A stretch of 63,614 nt of DNA, counting the filler, from Choristocarpus tenellus KU-1152 (lineage: Eukaryota; Protista; Phaeophyceae), in assembly GCA_964200185.2 (NCBI GenBank). It is 9 parts of 9 records of this genome, joined end to end, with 100 filler letters (N's around TTAATTAATTAA, not from the genome) between each part and the next. Parts side by side here need not be neighbours in the genome. Positions count along the whole stretch, not along the records: positions 22,884 to 26,385 come from CAXNAD020019591.1; positions 26,486 to 31,152 come from CAXNAD020013541.1; positions 31,253 to 41,990 come from CAXNAD020002748.1; 6 more parts are not named here. One strand, 5' to 3'. Below are positions 26,241 to 38,609 of the stretch, piece by piece. Under the pieces are notes generated by a model. The model was given only the letters and a program-made list of their open reading frames with translations, was not told the DNA's origin and searched no databases. The stretch's first letter is position 1. Each line of letters opens with the position of its first letter. Both the position numbers and the translations under genes were made by a program.

Positions 26241-26817
26241 AATTTTCTCACTTTTATAAAATAAAAAATGTGTTTTTGGTCGTTGATATATTCTTTCCTC
26301 TTTGTACCCCCCCCCCCCCCCCCCCCCCCCCCAAACACCACACCACCACCCCACCCTACCTTTTTTTTTTTTTTTATTTTTTTTTNNNNNNNNNNNNNNN
26401 NNNNNNNNNNNNNNNNNNNNNNNNNNNNNTTAATTAATTAANNNNNNNNNNNNNNNNNNNNNNNNNNNNNNNNNNNNNNNNNNNNCTCGGTGTTCGGGTG
26501 GGGGGGGGGGGGGGGGAATAGATTATCTAGCTGCTGCAGATCTTTTTTCTGGCTGGAACTCTAGAGTAGTTGCAACACACAATTTTTGTCCTTGCATCTG
26601 GTGCTCTTCAGCTCCAGCAGGTGCCTGCTTAAGAGGCCAGTAATGTCGGTATATCCCACCAAAGGCAAGAATTTGCTGCTGTTGTTACCCTACCACACTC
26701 GCAGGTGGTGAGGAGTACCAAGAAAGAATACACTACCACTCAATACGAGCACCTTTACACAATGAAAGTTGGACCAGACTGTGACTCACGACAAAATACA
26801 AACATGCTACTTCTAAC

Positions 26818-28017
26818 CTGATATTGGCGCTGGCCGCGGGAAACAGCAGAGGTGATCTTAGGAGCACCAAGAGTTGCTGCCCTCTGCCACTCTTCTTCGA
26901 CAGTAGTCCCTTCCAGCCTGGGGGACTCGGGAGGTGTCGAGACAAGAGGCTCCTCCACCTCCGGCTTTCGATTCTTGAATTCCTTGGCAGTCACCTCCCC
27001 CAGGCCCTTGCAAGTTGGAGTCCGAGGATAGTGGCAGCACGAAAGGGACAGTGCTTGTGGGCGGGCAAAGAGTTGCTGCAGCAAGGATAGGCCAAAGCAA
27101 GTGAACCCAACCAAGTCATATATATCGGATCTCCACCCCCTCCTGTTTTGGTCCGTTGAGATTTTGAGGGCTCTATTTTATGGCTTGGTATTAGTACACA
27201 GGAGGACATGTGTATAGGGAAATAGTTGCAATGCAAGTCTAGCGTAAGTTCAATCGAAATTTTGACCATTCTATTCGATTATTGTCATCTGTTGTCTGTG
27301 GTGGATCCAGTAAGTAAGCATTGTTGGGAATATCAAGTAATAGTGGAGTAAGTGGCCGTAAGCAACACTCCATGCGCTAACCTGGAAATGATTCTCCCCT
27401 CCATCACCTTGGAGCTCGTCCCCGAAGCTCAACAACGTTGTCCCACCCTCGCTTTTCACTTTACCGGTACCCTTTTTCCGCCTAACATTGCCCTTTCTCG
27501 ATGCAACCTTGACTTCTGAAGGCCTACCCTCGTGCACGCCAACCCTGTCGGAGACATGTATCTCTTGACTGGTGGTACCCTCGCCAGACGCGAGCTCCGT
27601 GGGAGAAGGCGAACAATATTTCCCATTATGACCATTCGAATCGTAGTTATCCTTCTTCCGGCCTGGGGTATCAAGCTCATCTCGCGTTGGTAATTCCATT
27701 GGGGATCTTGACCTTGCCCGCCTTCCTAGCGATCTTGATCGCGATCGAACATTTGATCTGTTACCACGCCAAGGACTCCTCGATCTATCCCTGGATTTAG
27801 ACCGCCTTCTATCTCGCCTTCTACTTCGAGAGCGACTCCTGTGGTCATACCTCTGCTTGCTGCTTCTCCAACTCCGTCGATCCCTGTCCCGGTCTACCCT
27901 CTCCTCATCTTGGTCCCGCTCCTGTCTCCTGTTTCTCTCCCATCTCCGTTCCCTATCCCTTGCACCGTCCCTCTCGTCAACCCTGTAGTCCCTGTGTCGG
28001 GAATGCCTACCCGACAT
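26818..28017 (-). CDS. Arg/Ser- and Arg/Asp-rich nuclear protein, probably splicing-associated; first two exons
   Basis: Exon 1 28017 (ATG)-27382 ends CAG|GTTAG; exon 2 27006-26818 is in frame. There is a long RS/RD dipeptide tract and a basic patch followed by LLSFGDE, a short motif seen in spliceosomal proteins such as PAXBP1/GCFC2 and CWC27. Orthology is not assignable by eye. Confidence 0.8.
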
Positions 28018-28190
28018 ATGCACACACAGGGTATGCGATTTGAACCTTCAAAGTACATAGTTGTATCTCCTATGTCCTGATGGTTTTTGATTGTATTCGT
28101 GTGAAAATAATACGATGATACGGTTTTCAAAGGGACTCCCGTGTGAGACTCCTCGAAGCACACAACAGATAATCAACCCTGCTAACACTG
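28018..28190. promoter_or_regulatory. Putative bidirectional promoter
   Basis: Only 173 bp separate two divergent start codons (28017 on -, 28191 on +). Positional inference only. Confidence 0.5.
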
Positions 28191-31060
28191 ATGGCGTTTG
28201 GGCATTGGATATGGTGCCGTCGATGGTTACCTATAGGTGCCATCGCGGCTGCCTGTCTCGCTCTTTTGGTTGAGGAAACGGGAGCATGGGGAGAGCGTAC
28301 CCTACTTGGCCGTCGTGTGACCAAGGTGGCACAGATCAAGATACAATCGGCCCAGTTGGAGAAGCTTAAAGAGAAGCTGGACAAAATGATGTACGTGATC
28401 CTTAGCTTTGCTACCATGGATGCTTGAAATGAACTCGACACCGTGTTTTCCAGCAGCAGTATCCCCCTGGGTAAGAGTCTCGACCATCATCATGACATGA
28501 ACACCGCTGAGACCCGTCACAGACACCTCGAGATAATCCTATTTTGACTCCATCTCTCTTCTATCGACGACGAGATTTTTCAGCTGGGTATTCCTCCCTG
28601 AAACCTAATCTGCTATGACCATACCGTGGATGCACCCTTGACGAACAGGGAAGAGTCGCATGTTCTCACAGAGCAAGTGAGACAGCACCGTGAATTCCGG
28701 CAACAAAGCAGCGTGGAGCTCCGGCAAAAAGTTGCAGAGCTTCAGAAGCGTTACGAATTAGAGCTAGAGCAGATGCGCAGAGATTTTGACGAGCAGGTGG
28801 GGGTAACAACTGCAAGCTATAATACCAATAATAGATCAAGGGGTGAATAGCATACGACCATAACTGTTCCTGGCGAGGCTACCCAATCCAATCTATGTAT
28901 ATACACGTGAAATAATCATGTAAGAGCAAGATATGGATATGCAACAGCAGGCCCAAGAGGCAGGTGATAAAGCTGGTATAGAGCAACGTTTTTATTCGGA
29001 TGGTGAATACAACCGATACGTGAACTCGTCACTAGTCATCTTGAGTTTGTATTTCGCGCCATCCTTTGTTCCTGCTAACCCTGCGCTCGCGCATCCAATC
29101 TTTTATCACCTACTGCTGGATCACAGGTATTGGCAGTGAGGGAAGAGATGTGGGCACAGGCCCAACGGGACAGGGAGGTTTTTGAGGCAGACCTGAATGT
29201 TCGCCAGGAGAGCGAGAAGGCAGCGATTGAGGCCGACGCGCAGGCCAGAACGAAAGTCCTTGTGGACGAGGTAATGCAAGGGATCAATCACATACACGAT
29301 CACATACGTATGTTCATGTGCACTAATGTCTCGTCATGAGCCTTGGTTGATAAGGTATTGGGACCTCGGGCTCTGACCTCAGGCTCTGATGATCTGGTGA
29401 AATGTGCTGGAAGAGGATTGCTACTACAACAATGTAACCTACACAATAACTATTGCAGGGAACTGGTTCAAGTCATTAGAGAGCACTTGGTTGTTATTGA
29501 GTTGGTTGCCAATGATACAGTGGTACTTCATTGCCACTGGTAGTTATACAACATACATATTAACATAGTTACACAACTGAAAGTGGATTTTTCCTATTCT
29601 CTCGACATGTTCCGAGCAACTTGGCTCCTCGTTTCCTAAGATCTTGTCATCAGAACACGAGTTAAAGATTGTGCAAAATATTGCCATTTGATTTCATGAT
29701 CCAGACTGGACCCCCCAGAGTGGGAAAGGAAGGGGGTATGAATGTCAGACTGAGGTCGTGGGCGAGACAGAATCAAGGGATTGCTTTCAGGAGAGGAGGG
29801 GGGGGAAACCTTGATCCATAAAGCTTCAGTGGTAGGCAGCCTTTGCTTGTTCCCCCTTCTTCCTGTCCACTACTAGAGCACACTTTGTTGCCCTAATTTA
29901 TGCTTCTGTGTGATACAATAGATACGATGACTCCAAGAGAGTGTCCTCCCATGTTGCAGCAATGTGTTTGTTTTTTCCATTGGTGACCCAATCTTGAAAA
30001 GGTCAAGAGCAAGATGGCGGCAGAGGCAGAGAGGGATAGGGAATTGTATGCCAAGCGTGCCGCCTTGGCTGAGGAGGGACAGGAACTCGCACGAGAAGAT
30101 CGCAAGATGCTGCAGGTGCAATCAATATCACTCATGTCCTCCCACACACGCCTTGCCCCCGGTCCCCCTGTTTGGTTTGTTTTTTGACAGCAGGCGAGCA
30201 GTGTACCTCTTTTTGGGTGTGATTTTCACTGACCGAACTGACAGGGACATCTGCAAAAGAGGTCGGGTCGATTGCTAACAGAGTGTTGTCGTGTGTTCGC
30301 GATGTGAAGAAGAGGGGGGGGGGGTTCCATTCCGAACAAGAGCAAAATATTATTGTCAACATTCGGACCATTTATTTAATCCCTATCGATGGTACAAAAC
30401 ATTAAATAACAAGTGCAGCCTTAGTTCCAAGGGAAAGGCAATACTCCAACTGAATAACGGACCAGTGCAGCATCACTGTTGCATGTATGGTCACATCTGA
30501 TTGCTTCACCTCCTGTCAGTGGCTTACTCTACAGCAACAAAGCTATTTGGCTAACACAACTCTGGGAAAGCAAATGCATCCACTCGACTTCTTGGTCCCA
30601 TTTAGCTGTTCGGGCAATCCTTTTTTTTTTATCCTGAAGCGCTCTAGTTTGGTCTAATATATGTTCTCCACAGTTGCCCAGTGCCTGGTAGCTGCAGCAC
30701 TCTTTTGGCTTTATCGTGTTCTGTACCACGTGATAACAGGTACAAAATTTCATAGCGTACCTCTACTTTTGTACCCCTGCACGGAGTAAAGCAAATATTT
30801 TGAATTTTTTTTATGCAACGCAGCTTGTGATTGGCTCTATACCCCCCCCCCTGCCGTAGTCAAAAGGCATCAAAAAGAGTGTGCATTCGAAAGATTTTTT
30901 CAAGAAGAAAAAATAAACGTCCGTGTGTTTGATATTTGATATTTGATATTTGATACGCATCTTGCCAGGCCGAGAAGGACGAACTTGTTCGCCAGCTGGA
31001 GGAGACGATTGCAGCAGAGGATGCCAAACGCAAAAAAATAATTGTCAAGTTTAAGACAAG
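28191..31060 (+). CDS. Coiled-coil protein with an N-terminal signal-peptide-like segment, 5 exons, 3' partial
   Basis: Phase-consistent exons 28191-28390, 28649-28796, 29127-29270, 30002-30115, 30969-31060. Hydrophobic LPIGAIAAACLALLV is followed by a continuous E/Q/K/R/A-rich helical sequence. Runs into the pad at 31153. Confidence 0.8.
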
Positions 31061-31885
31061 GTGTGTGTGTCTGCTGGTGTGGTCGTGTGTTTCAGGGGGG
31101 GGGGGGGGAGCTGGTCGTATAAGTGACCTCGTCACTGTTGTGAGATGTGTTGNNNNNNNNNNNNNNNNNNNNNNNNNNNNNNNNNNNNNNNNNNNNTTAA
31201 TTAATTAANNNNNNNNNNNNNNNNNNNNNNNNNNNNNNNNNNNNNNNNNNNNAAAAAAAAAGGGGGTTTACCGGAACCGGCGCCCCCCCACCAACCCCCC
31301 CCCCCCCCCCAGATACTTTGACTCAAAGAAAGAATGAAAAGTAATGATAATGATAATTGTGAGATGAACACTATGGTGAGGACAACTGCACACCATGGGC
31401 CATTCAACCTCATGACTCATTTATGAAATGTATCGGTCCAGTCCTCTCCAGGTGCCAAACCAAAGGAATTAATCAATAATTTTTTCGGTGGAATTGGGAA
31501 TGATGAAGGATAATAGCCGAGTCCTCAGGCTCGACCGTCTGCTACCTGGGTGCCTTGTGCTGGCTCAAAAACTAAAAGAGAAGGGATACGGGCATTATAC
31601 AGACAGGAAAAACATCGAATTGAGAATAAATGTCTGTCCCTGACCCAGTAACACATACATGGAGAGTCGATATTATCGTATCATGTTGATACAGTGATAG
31701 CAGACGACCCAATAAATCCAGTGGGTAAATGGGTAGTTCGTGATGGTGATCATTGTAGTTACGTAAGATAATATATGCAACAATTGAAAAAATGTGTGTC
31801 TACATGAAGGTAGTTCTGTGGGGTCTTTAGACAGGTCACCTGGGTGTTGAGCGCACTTAAAACGAAATAATATGATGAGTTGATA

Positions 31886-32040
31886 GGGTCAAAGTATCTA
31901 GGGGGCGTCCGTTTCGGTCAAACAACTATTTTTTTTGCTGACATTTCAAATTCGACACGTGCGACCAAATCACACCAAAAAAGTGATAATCGAAAAAAGG
32001 GTGAAAAGCGGACGCCGACACCCCCCCCCTAGAACCTTAT
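31886..32040 (+). mobile_element. MITE family B (GGGTCAAAGTATCT plus poly-G end)
   Basis: The internal sequence is the reverse complement of the partial copy at 49013-49111. The same or a related terminus occurs at 41968, 42130, 31310-31324, 56509-56523 and 15590-15603. Confidence 0.75.
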
Positions 32041-33703
32041 CTATAGATAATGACTTACTTGAAAATATAATATGAAGTGTGACTACACTTTAGGTTAAGT
32101 GAGATGGCAATTGGTCAAGAGAAGGTGGGTGGACATCCAACGTTCAGTTAGCCCCTCTTGATTAAGAGGATACTCAATTGATCAACAACGGGATACTTTT
32201 CGTTCTACTATTGGCTCAATCACATCTCTCTATGTATACCTGATTTAAAGTCACTGATATACTTTCCTCCAATGGCAGGGTATGCTCACTAGGACGAACA
32301 GACCCCACAGTGATTCTGTTCGCTGTCATGATATCAGAATAGCAGGGTCAACCGTATTATTTTTCTGTAGGAAGCACTTTTTATTCCTAGTACTAAAACT
32401 CATCGTGCAAGACAAGCTGGGCAAAATAGGTTGCGTTCTCCCGGCCTGTAACTCCGCGGTCTCTTTTCAACATTGTCTGACCGCGCAATAAGGAAAAATG
32501 AGAACAGATAAATGGTGTGTAGGTGTATATTTGCTGCCCTTTCCCTGTACACTCAAACTGAACTCCTGTAAGCCGCCCATCGATGTTACTCTAGTAAGTA
32601 GCACCACCAGCGAGAGTATAATTTTTGTTGTTATTTGGTGCTAATGTTCGTTACGTGGCCTTAAGTGGTGTTGGGCATCGTACATGTAACAACCTTTAGT
32701 CGTTGTTCGAGCAGGAGGACTTTCTCGTTTGCAGTGACTGATAGAGCTTCCAACAAAGGGAAAAAGTGCAATGAAACTATGAAGATTTACTCTGGAATAG
32801 TTGTCAAGTGCAGGTACTATGAATATACTACTGTACCAAGCACTCTACTCTACAGCTGATACACCCTAGGCAAGAATTTAAATGGGTAGAATCAGATGCT
32901 CTGGGTCTACCCCAGTTTAAGACGTAAGAAAGGTAGTGGAAGGTAAGACAAATTTTGACGTACCATACGATCAAACGTCTCTGGAGTTGTGGACCACCTC
33001 CTGTTTTTGGTTCTTTTCTGGTTTATGTATTGTACTGAGGTCAATTCTCGCGCGTTTAGAACGTTAGCGCGGAAACGCTCACTCCTCGCGCGTATGGGTG
33101 TATTTTCGTGAAAGTGCAAAACCAATTACGCTCTAAAATTGCGTATGAAAGAAGGGTGATTTCATGTACACAATATCTTCTACAACAGCAGAACAACACC
33201 AAAAAAATGATACCTTCAAAATGATTTTGTTCTTTGGTTGACCCTGCCATGTTATTGCGACTATTGGTCCATTTTCAGGTTTATTTCTTGTTTGTTCTTG
33301 GAACATAGAATTATACAGAGTTTATGCATGTACCTGCGATATACTTTTGATGTACTTTGGAATATTATATTCATGGACTATAAGTATGGCGATTCTATTG
33401 TGGGGTCCCTTCTAGGTTAGGCTTGTCTTGATTGTGATGTACTCGTATCTAATACTTATATTGTCCGCAGAAAAGTATACACTCTTCCTATGTAGAATCG
33501 CCTGGTACCATTGGCTGCTCTCGCACATTCAGATCGTCCATATATCTCAATTTCTAGAGCTCTAAAGCTTGAAAATGCATGTAGTATACCTGCACTAGGG
33601 TTTTTCCTAGGGGCACCATATACGGCATTTTATTTCCCTCTTGTTTGCCTCAATCATGGTTGCAACAGGTAAGAAAGATAGGCAAGGTGCGGATGTGCGA
33701 CAA

Positions 33704-33952
33704 GAGTGAACGTATCTTAGAGGGTACGAGTTTTTCCCCGTTTGTCCATTTGGGGCTTGACTTCCCACAGGTTTTTAATGACATTTTACCCACTCCAAAT
33801 TGTTTCGGAGTAGGTAAAATGCATACATTTATGAAAAGGTGTGTCCGGAACGAGGATACTGACATCTCCTAACAAAGATGGTAGCCAAAATTGCAACATT
33901 GGATTTTGGTCCCCAAATGGACGCGGCTCTACCCTCTAAGATACTTTGACTC
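33704..33952 (+). mobile_element. MITE family A, copy 2
   Basis: Both TIRs present; perfect 4-bp TSD ACAA/ACAA. Confidence 0.92.
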
Positions 33953-34209
33953 ACAAAGCAAAGCTCGAGTGCCATCTGAATGGTGGCCGTACGAGAAATA
34001 AAAATGCAATGTTACGGTGCCAACCCCAGTCAATCAATTAAAGGAAAATTGCCCTATTTAGTGCCACAGAGCACAAACTCAATGATCAGCTCTCGCCCAG
34101 ACACGCACAGCTATGACATAAAAGTTAAGAAACACAGTATGGTGCAAACCACTCAGGCTGGCATCCTGGCGAGTTGGCACACAACAGTGTGGTGCTAGTG
34201 TGAGCACAG

Positions 34210-35274
34210 GAACTGCCAGGATCTGGGGTGCAATACCAAAGCAAAAGCCACAGCAAAAATAGTATCATCCGCCCTCCTAAAGCTCATTATCGACCATATG
34301 AGGTTGAAGAAGCAAATGTGCAAGAACAGGAACTCATCAGGGGGTGAGCGGTGGAGGGGGAAAGGAAAATGAGATAGTTCTCACGTGGCTAAGTTGAGTC
34401 TCTTGTTTTGATCTTGAAAGTTGTGTCTTTCGAAAAACTGTCTGCTGAATAAGCCTTCAGGCACTGCCCATAAAGAAGGAGGAGGGGCAGGTATAGGGTA
34501 GGACCAACTTTGTGTGCTTCATTGTGCATTTCTTGTCAATTTGCTTGAATATGAGGATAAGGGACCGGGAGTTGGACATGAAATAGATTTTTTCTTTCTC
34601 ATTTTAGTCAACTAATTATCTTCCCCCCTATCTCTAAGGATTCATTGGAGGTTTGTGCAAAAAAAAGTTATATTTACTTCCAGGAGGACCAACATATCAT
34701 GCATCAACACATTTTGTCTTGTGATACTGTGTGCAGTAGTTCTTTGTTTCTGCTTGGAGGTTCTTTTGGATGGATATGCAGTGTGGTGTTTGCCCGACCT
34801 TCCTTTCACTGTGTGTGTGCGTGTATGTGTTATGTGATGTATGTTTGGGAAGTGTTGACTGAGCAAGACCTCAGGAGGTACTACTCTCGAGTACCTAACA
34901 CAACGTAAGTCTAATACTTTTGAGTACATTGCCACCACATACGTTCTTGGCGGGTGCTTTTTTATGTCTGGTAACCGATCCCTCGCAACACACGCTGTTT
35001 TGCCACATTACACCATTCTAATGTGAGAAGGTTTTGTTAAAGACTGTGTTGTTACACCACTACTTTCTGAAACATCTTTTCAGCGGCTCTGTCTGAGTAC
35101 CGAACAGATTCCATCGCAGGTACGTGGATAGGGTTGTATTGTTGGATTAGGGACGAACTGTGTACAAGCAAAACGAAAATTAAACGGAACCCTACAGAGG
35201 ATCGCTCCTACAAACACTCTCCACATGAACAGAAGTTGTTTCAAGTGCATCTTGGAGTATTCCCGTACCAATAG
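34210..35274 (+). CDS. Putative 3' end of an unknown gene with three micro-exons
   Basis: Candidate exons 34210-34343, 34684-34720, 34868-34904, 35084-35119, 35198-35274 (TAG) join in one frame: ...EQELIRG-RTNISCINTFCL-TSGGTTLEYLTQP-ALSEYRTDSIAE-DRSYKHSPHEQKLFQVHLGVFPYQ. No homology recognised. Confidence 0.5.
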
Positions 35275-36406
35275 ACTTCCCTCATGATGATGACGCAATA
35301 ACTACTGGTTAAACCCTTCCACCTTTCTGGCTTCATGTTTTGTGTAGAGCATGTTTATATATTTTTGTCAAATTTCCGAACTGTTTATTATACAATCCTT
35401 TGTACATAATCAATTTCCTGTAAGGATCCCACCGCTCCTTTAACTCTTACTAAGGAACTTCAACTCCTTATTGAGGAAGCAACCGCAGATCTTTGGAATC
35501 CTACATAGATATATATGTATATACATATTAATTGTATGCATATCCACCGCAAGCGCAGCTCCTTCCACTGCCAGCACAAGGAAAGCCAATGACACACGAG
35601 ATACTACAATGCACACGTATACATGCACCTACAGTGTATATTTTGTGTATGCTTTGTAAGGGTTTGGGGCAGACTATCAATGTCAATACGGAACCAATCT
35701 CTCAAAGTAATCTTCTTCAATTGCTCTCAAACACTAATTGTATATATTATGTAGCTCTACAAATCACTCAGCTCCTCGGCCTTGAGGAAATACACAGGCA
35801 ATACATATCTCAAGGAGGCAGCCTATGACGACACACTACTAGCCTTTGGGCCGAGCACTTTCCAAGAACAATACACTATACTGTAAATACTCACAAGGTA
35901 GTTGAAGAGGCAACCTTTACTTCCAATCCTGAACTTCTTTTGCACAGTATATTTCATGGGAGGCATACTCTGGTCCCAGTTTCCTCACAAAAACTAGACG
36001 TCATGTGGTACATATAGTTGTTGCCATTGCTTGTAAGAGTCGTGGCAACCAGGTAGGACAGAAGTCTGCACCCTACCATCACAGCAGAGGTAGTCATTTG
36101 ACAAAATTCTGATCTGCCAAATGGATGGTTAGGAGGTACGACACCAAAAAAATCGCAACTAAAATTCGCACCAATACAGCACAACACAACACAACAGCGG
36201 CCTTTCTGTGCCACCTTGTTTCACCAATGGGATGCCTTCACCCTGAAACCTTCCCTACTTCCTATATCTTGACATCATTCGCCAACAATCAATCAACAAT
36301 CAACATTTGTCTATCGAGAGTGAGTGCCAATATATTTTATAATGGTAAAGCACAGTATTATAAACAAGCAAACTTGATGCACACTTCATGTCATCAACAA
36401 ACCAGG

Positions 36407-38571
36407 TCAATGCAACATTAGCGCCTTGATTGTCCCCTGTGATTGCCGCGTGATGATTCTCCCGGAGCCTCGTCGATGCTTCCCATAATACCCTGTCCGT
36501 CCATCTTGCTTCGGCTTCTGCGGCATGAATAAAGGAGCCCCTTGTCCCACCTGCCTAACACCACATCCAATCTCACTCATCTCTTTGCTCAGGCTACTGA
36601 TAACACTTCCAATGCCCCCCACACTAGCAAGGCTTATGTCCACCCGAACTTTCTCATAGGAGATGTCATGATGCTCGCCAGCCTGTAGCACAGGCAACGA
36701 AACTTTGGCACTTCTTCCCCCCCAGTTGCCCAGTGGGGAAATCAAGGATGATGGTGCCTTTGAAGGTAAAGAGCTGTTACTCCCCATGCTATTTTCCCTC
36801 CTTGCCGTGTTGTGTGGTTCCCTGCCCTCGCCCTCTCCTTTCCTTAGTGGTCTGGGTGGAGAGTTGAAGCCATGCCTCATTGTCTCGCCCAGGGGAGGTG
36901 GAGGCAGGTGCTTGTGCATGACAGTTGGTTGTGTATGTCGACTCGAACGGTCCTTACGGACAAGTAGAAGGGAATTGGAGGGGTGCGGAGGGGCATTGTT
37001 AGAGATGGAAGGAATGGTAAGAAGATCAAATTGTGATGGCAAGCAAGACTGGAAGAGACTGCATTGACACATGCTCACGTGGATCAAAGGTGTTCCTTGT
37101 TGATAAGGCGGTAAATGCCGAAAGAGTGATAGTATCTTAGAGGGTGCGAGTTTTTCCTTGTTTATCTGTTTGGGGCTTGGCTTCCCATGGGTTTTTTAAT
37201 GACATTTTACCTACTCCGAAACATTTCAGAGTAAATAAAATGTCTATGTTATGAAAATGTGTGTTTGGAACAAGAATATTGACACTTCCTAACAAACAAA
37301 CACGATAGACAAAATTACATCAAAATAGAAAAATTGGAATTTGGCCCCCAAACGGACACGGCTCTACCCTCTAATATACCTTGACTCAAAACTTCGTGAA
37401 CATAAGAAAATATGAAAGCTTAGTATGCAGCACTCTGAAATATGAAGACGCGAAAGCAGGTTGTTGCATCCCCCTCAATACAGCTGATATTCAAAAACAA
37501 CGCAGGTCTGATGCAAACTTAAACTTGACATGTGAGTATAGTACAATGTGGGAGCTGGCTGGGCAGGTTTCTTTGATCCCTACTGGAACCACCACATGGT
37601 GTTTGGGAGAAAGAAGTGAACTTCCTTACATAAACAGTCCATTTCTTTCAATCAGATGTTTGCTATCAGGAGTGAAAGTATCTTAGAGGGTACGAGTTTT
37701 GCCCTGTTTGTCCATTTGGGGCTTGGCTTCCCTCAGGGTTTTTTTGACATTTTCGTAGTCCAAAATATTTTGGAGTAGGTATAATGTGTATGTTACGAAA
37801 TGGTGTGTTTGGAACAAGGATGTTGACACTTCCTAACAAACACGATAGCCAAATTTACATTGAAATCGCAACACTGTATTTTGACCCCCAAATGGACATG
37901 GCTCTACCCTCTAAGATACTTTGGCTCTCAGGTCGTAGGCATGCCTGGGTTACGCACCCGCAATCCCTTCCCCAAGGGGTTTTGCTGCACAAGGCGGCGC
38001 CGCTCTTCAGTTCCTGGCTTGTGTGGTACTGGGGCGGATGGAACAGGCCGCCCCCTCTCTACCCTCCCCCCACTCCAATCACTTCCTGCAATACTGCCCC
38101 TGTCTATGTCCTGGAGTGAGTTCCAGTAGGGGGTATCATCCTCTGGATTATTGCCAACAGGACCTGAGGAAGCGTTGAAAGGTGGTTCAAGGGATGCTTG
38201 CCGTGTCCAGAAGAAATAGCACACAAGGGATGTTCACACTACTGATTTCTGGCAAGGGCGGTGCGTACGAATCATGTCAAGTTTGGACTAATAGTTGCAA
38301 AAAAAAATAGGTTTGAGTTCAAAGAATAACTTTTAAACTTCATCGTTTTTGTGTGGGACTTTCACAGGTACCCAGAAAAGATCCATCAGAGGCTGTGGTT
38401 GAAGATATCAATCAATGGATGCTTTTCATCTGTTCTTGTGGGAGGTCGATTTGATGCAGGATCACATATTTGTTGAGGAATTCTATATAGCACTTGAGCC
38501 TGGAAAACCCTTGAGGGTCTGAGAAGCATTAGGGTTTATGGGGTTATCCTTCACAGCAATGCCAAACACAG

Positions 38572-38609
<38 letters not shown>

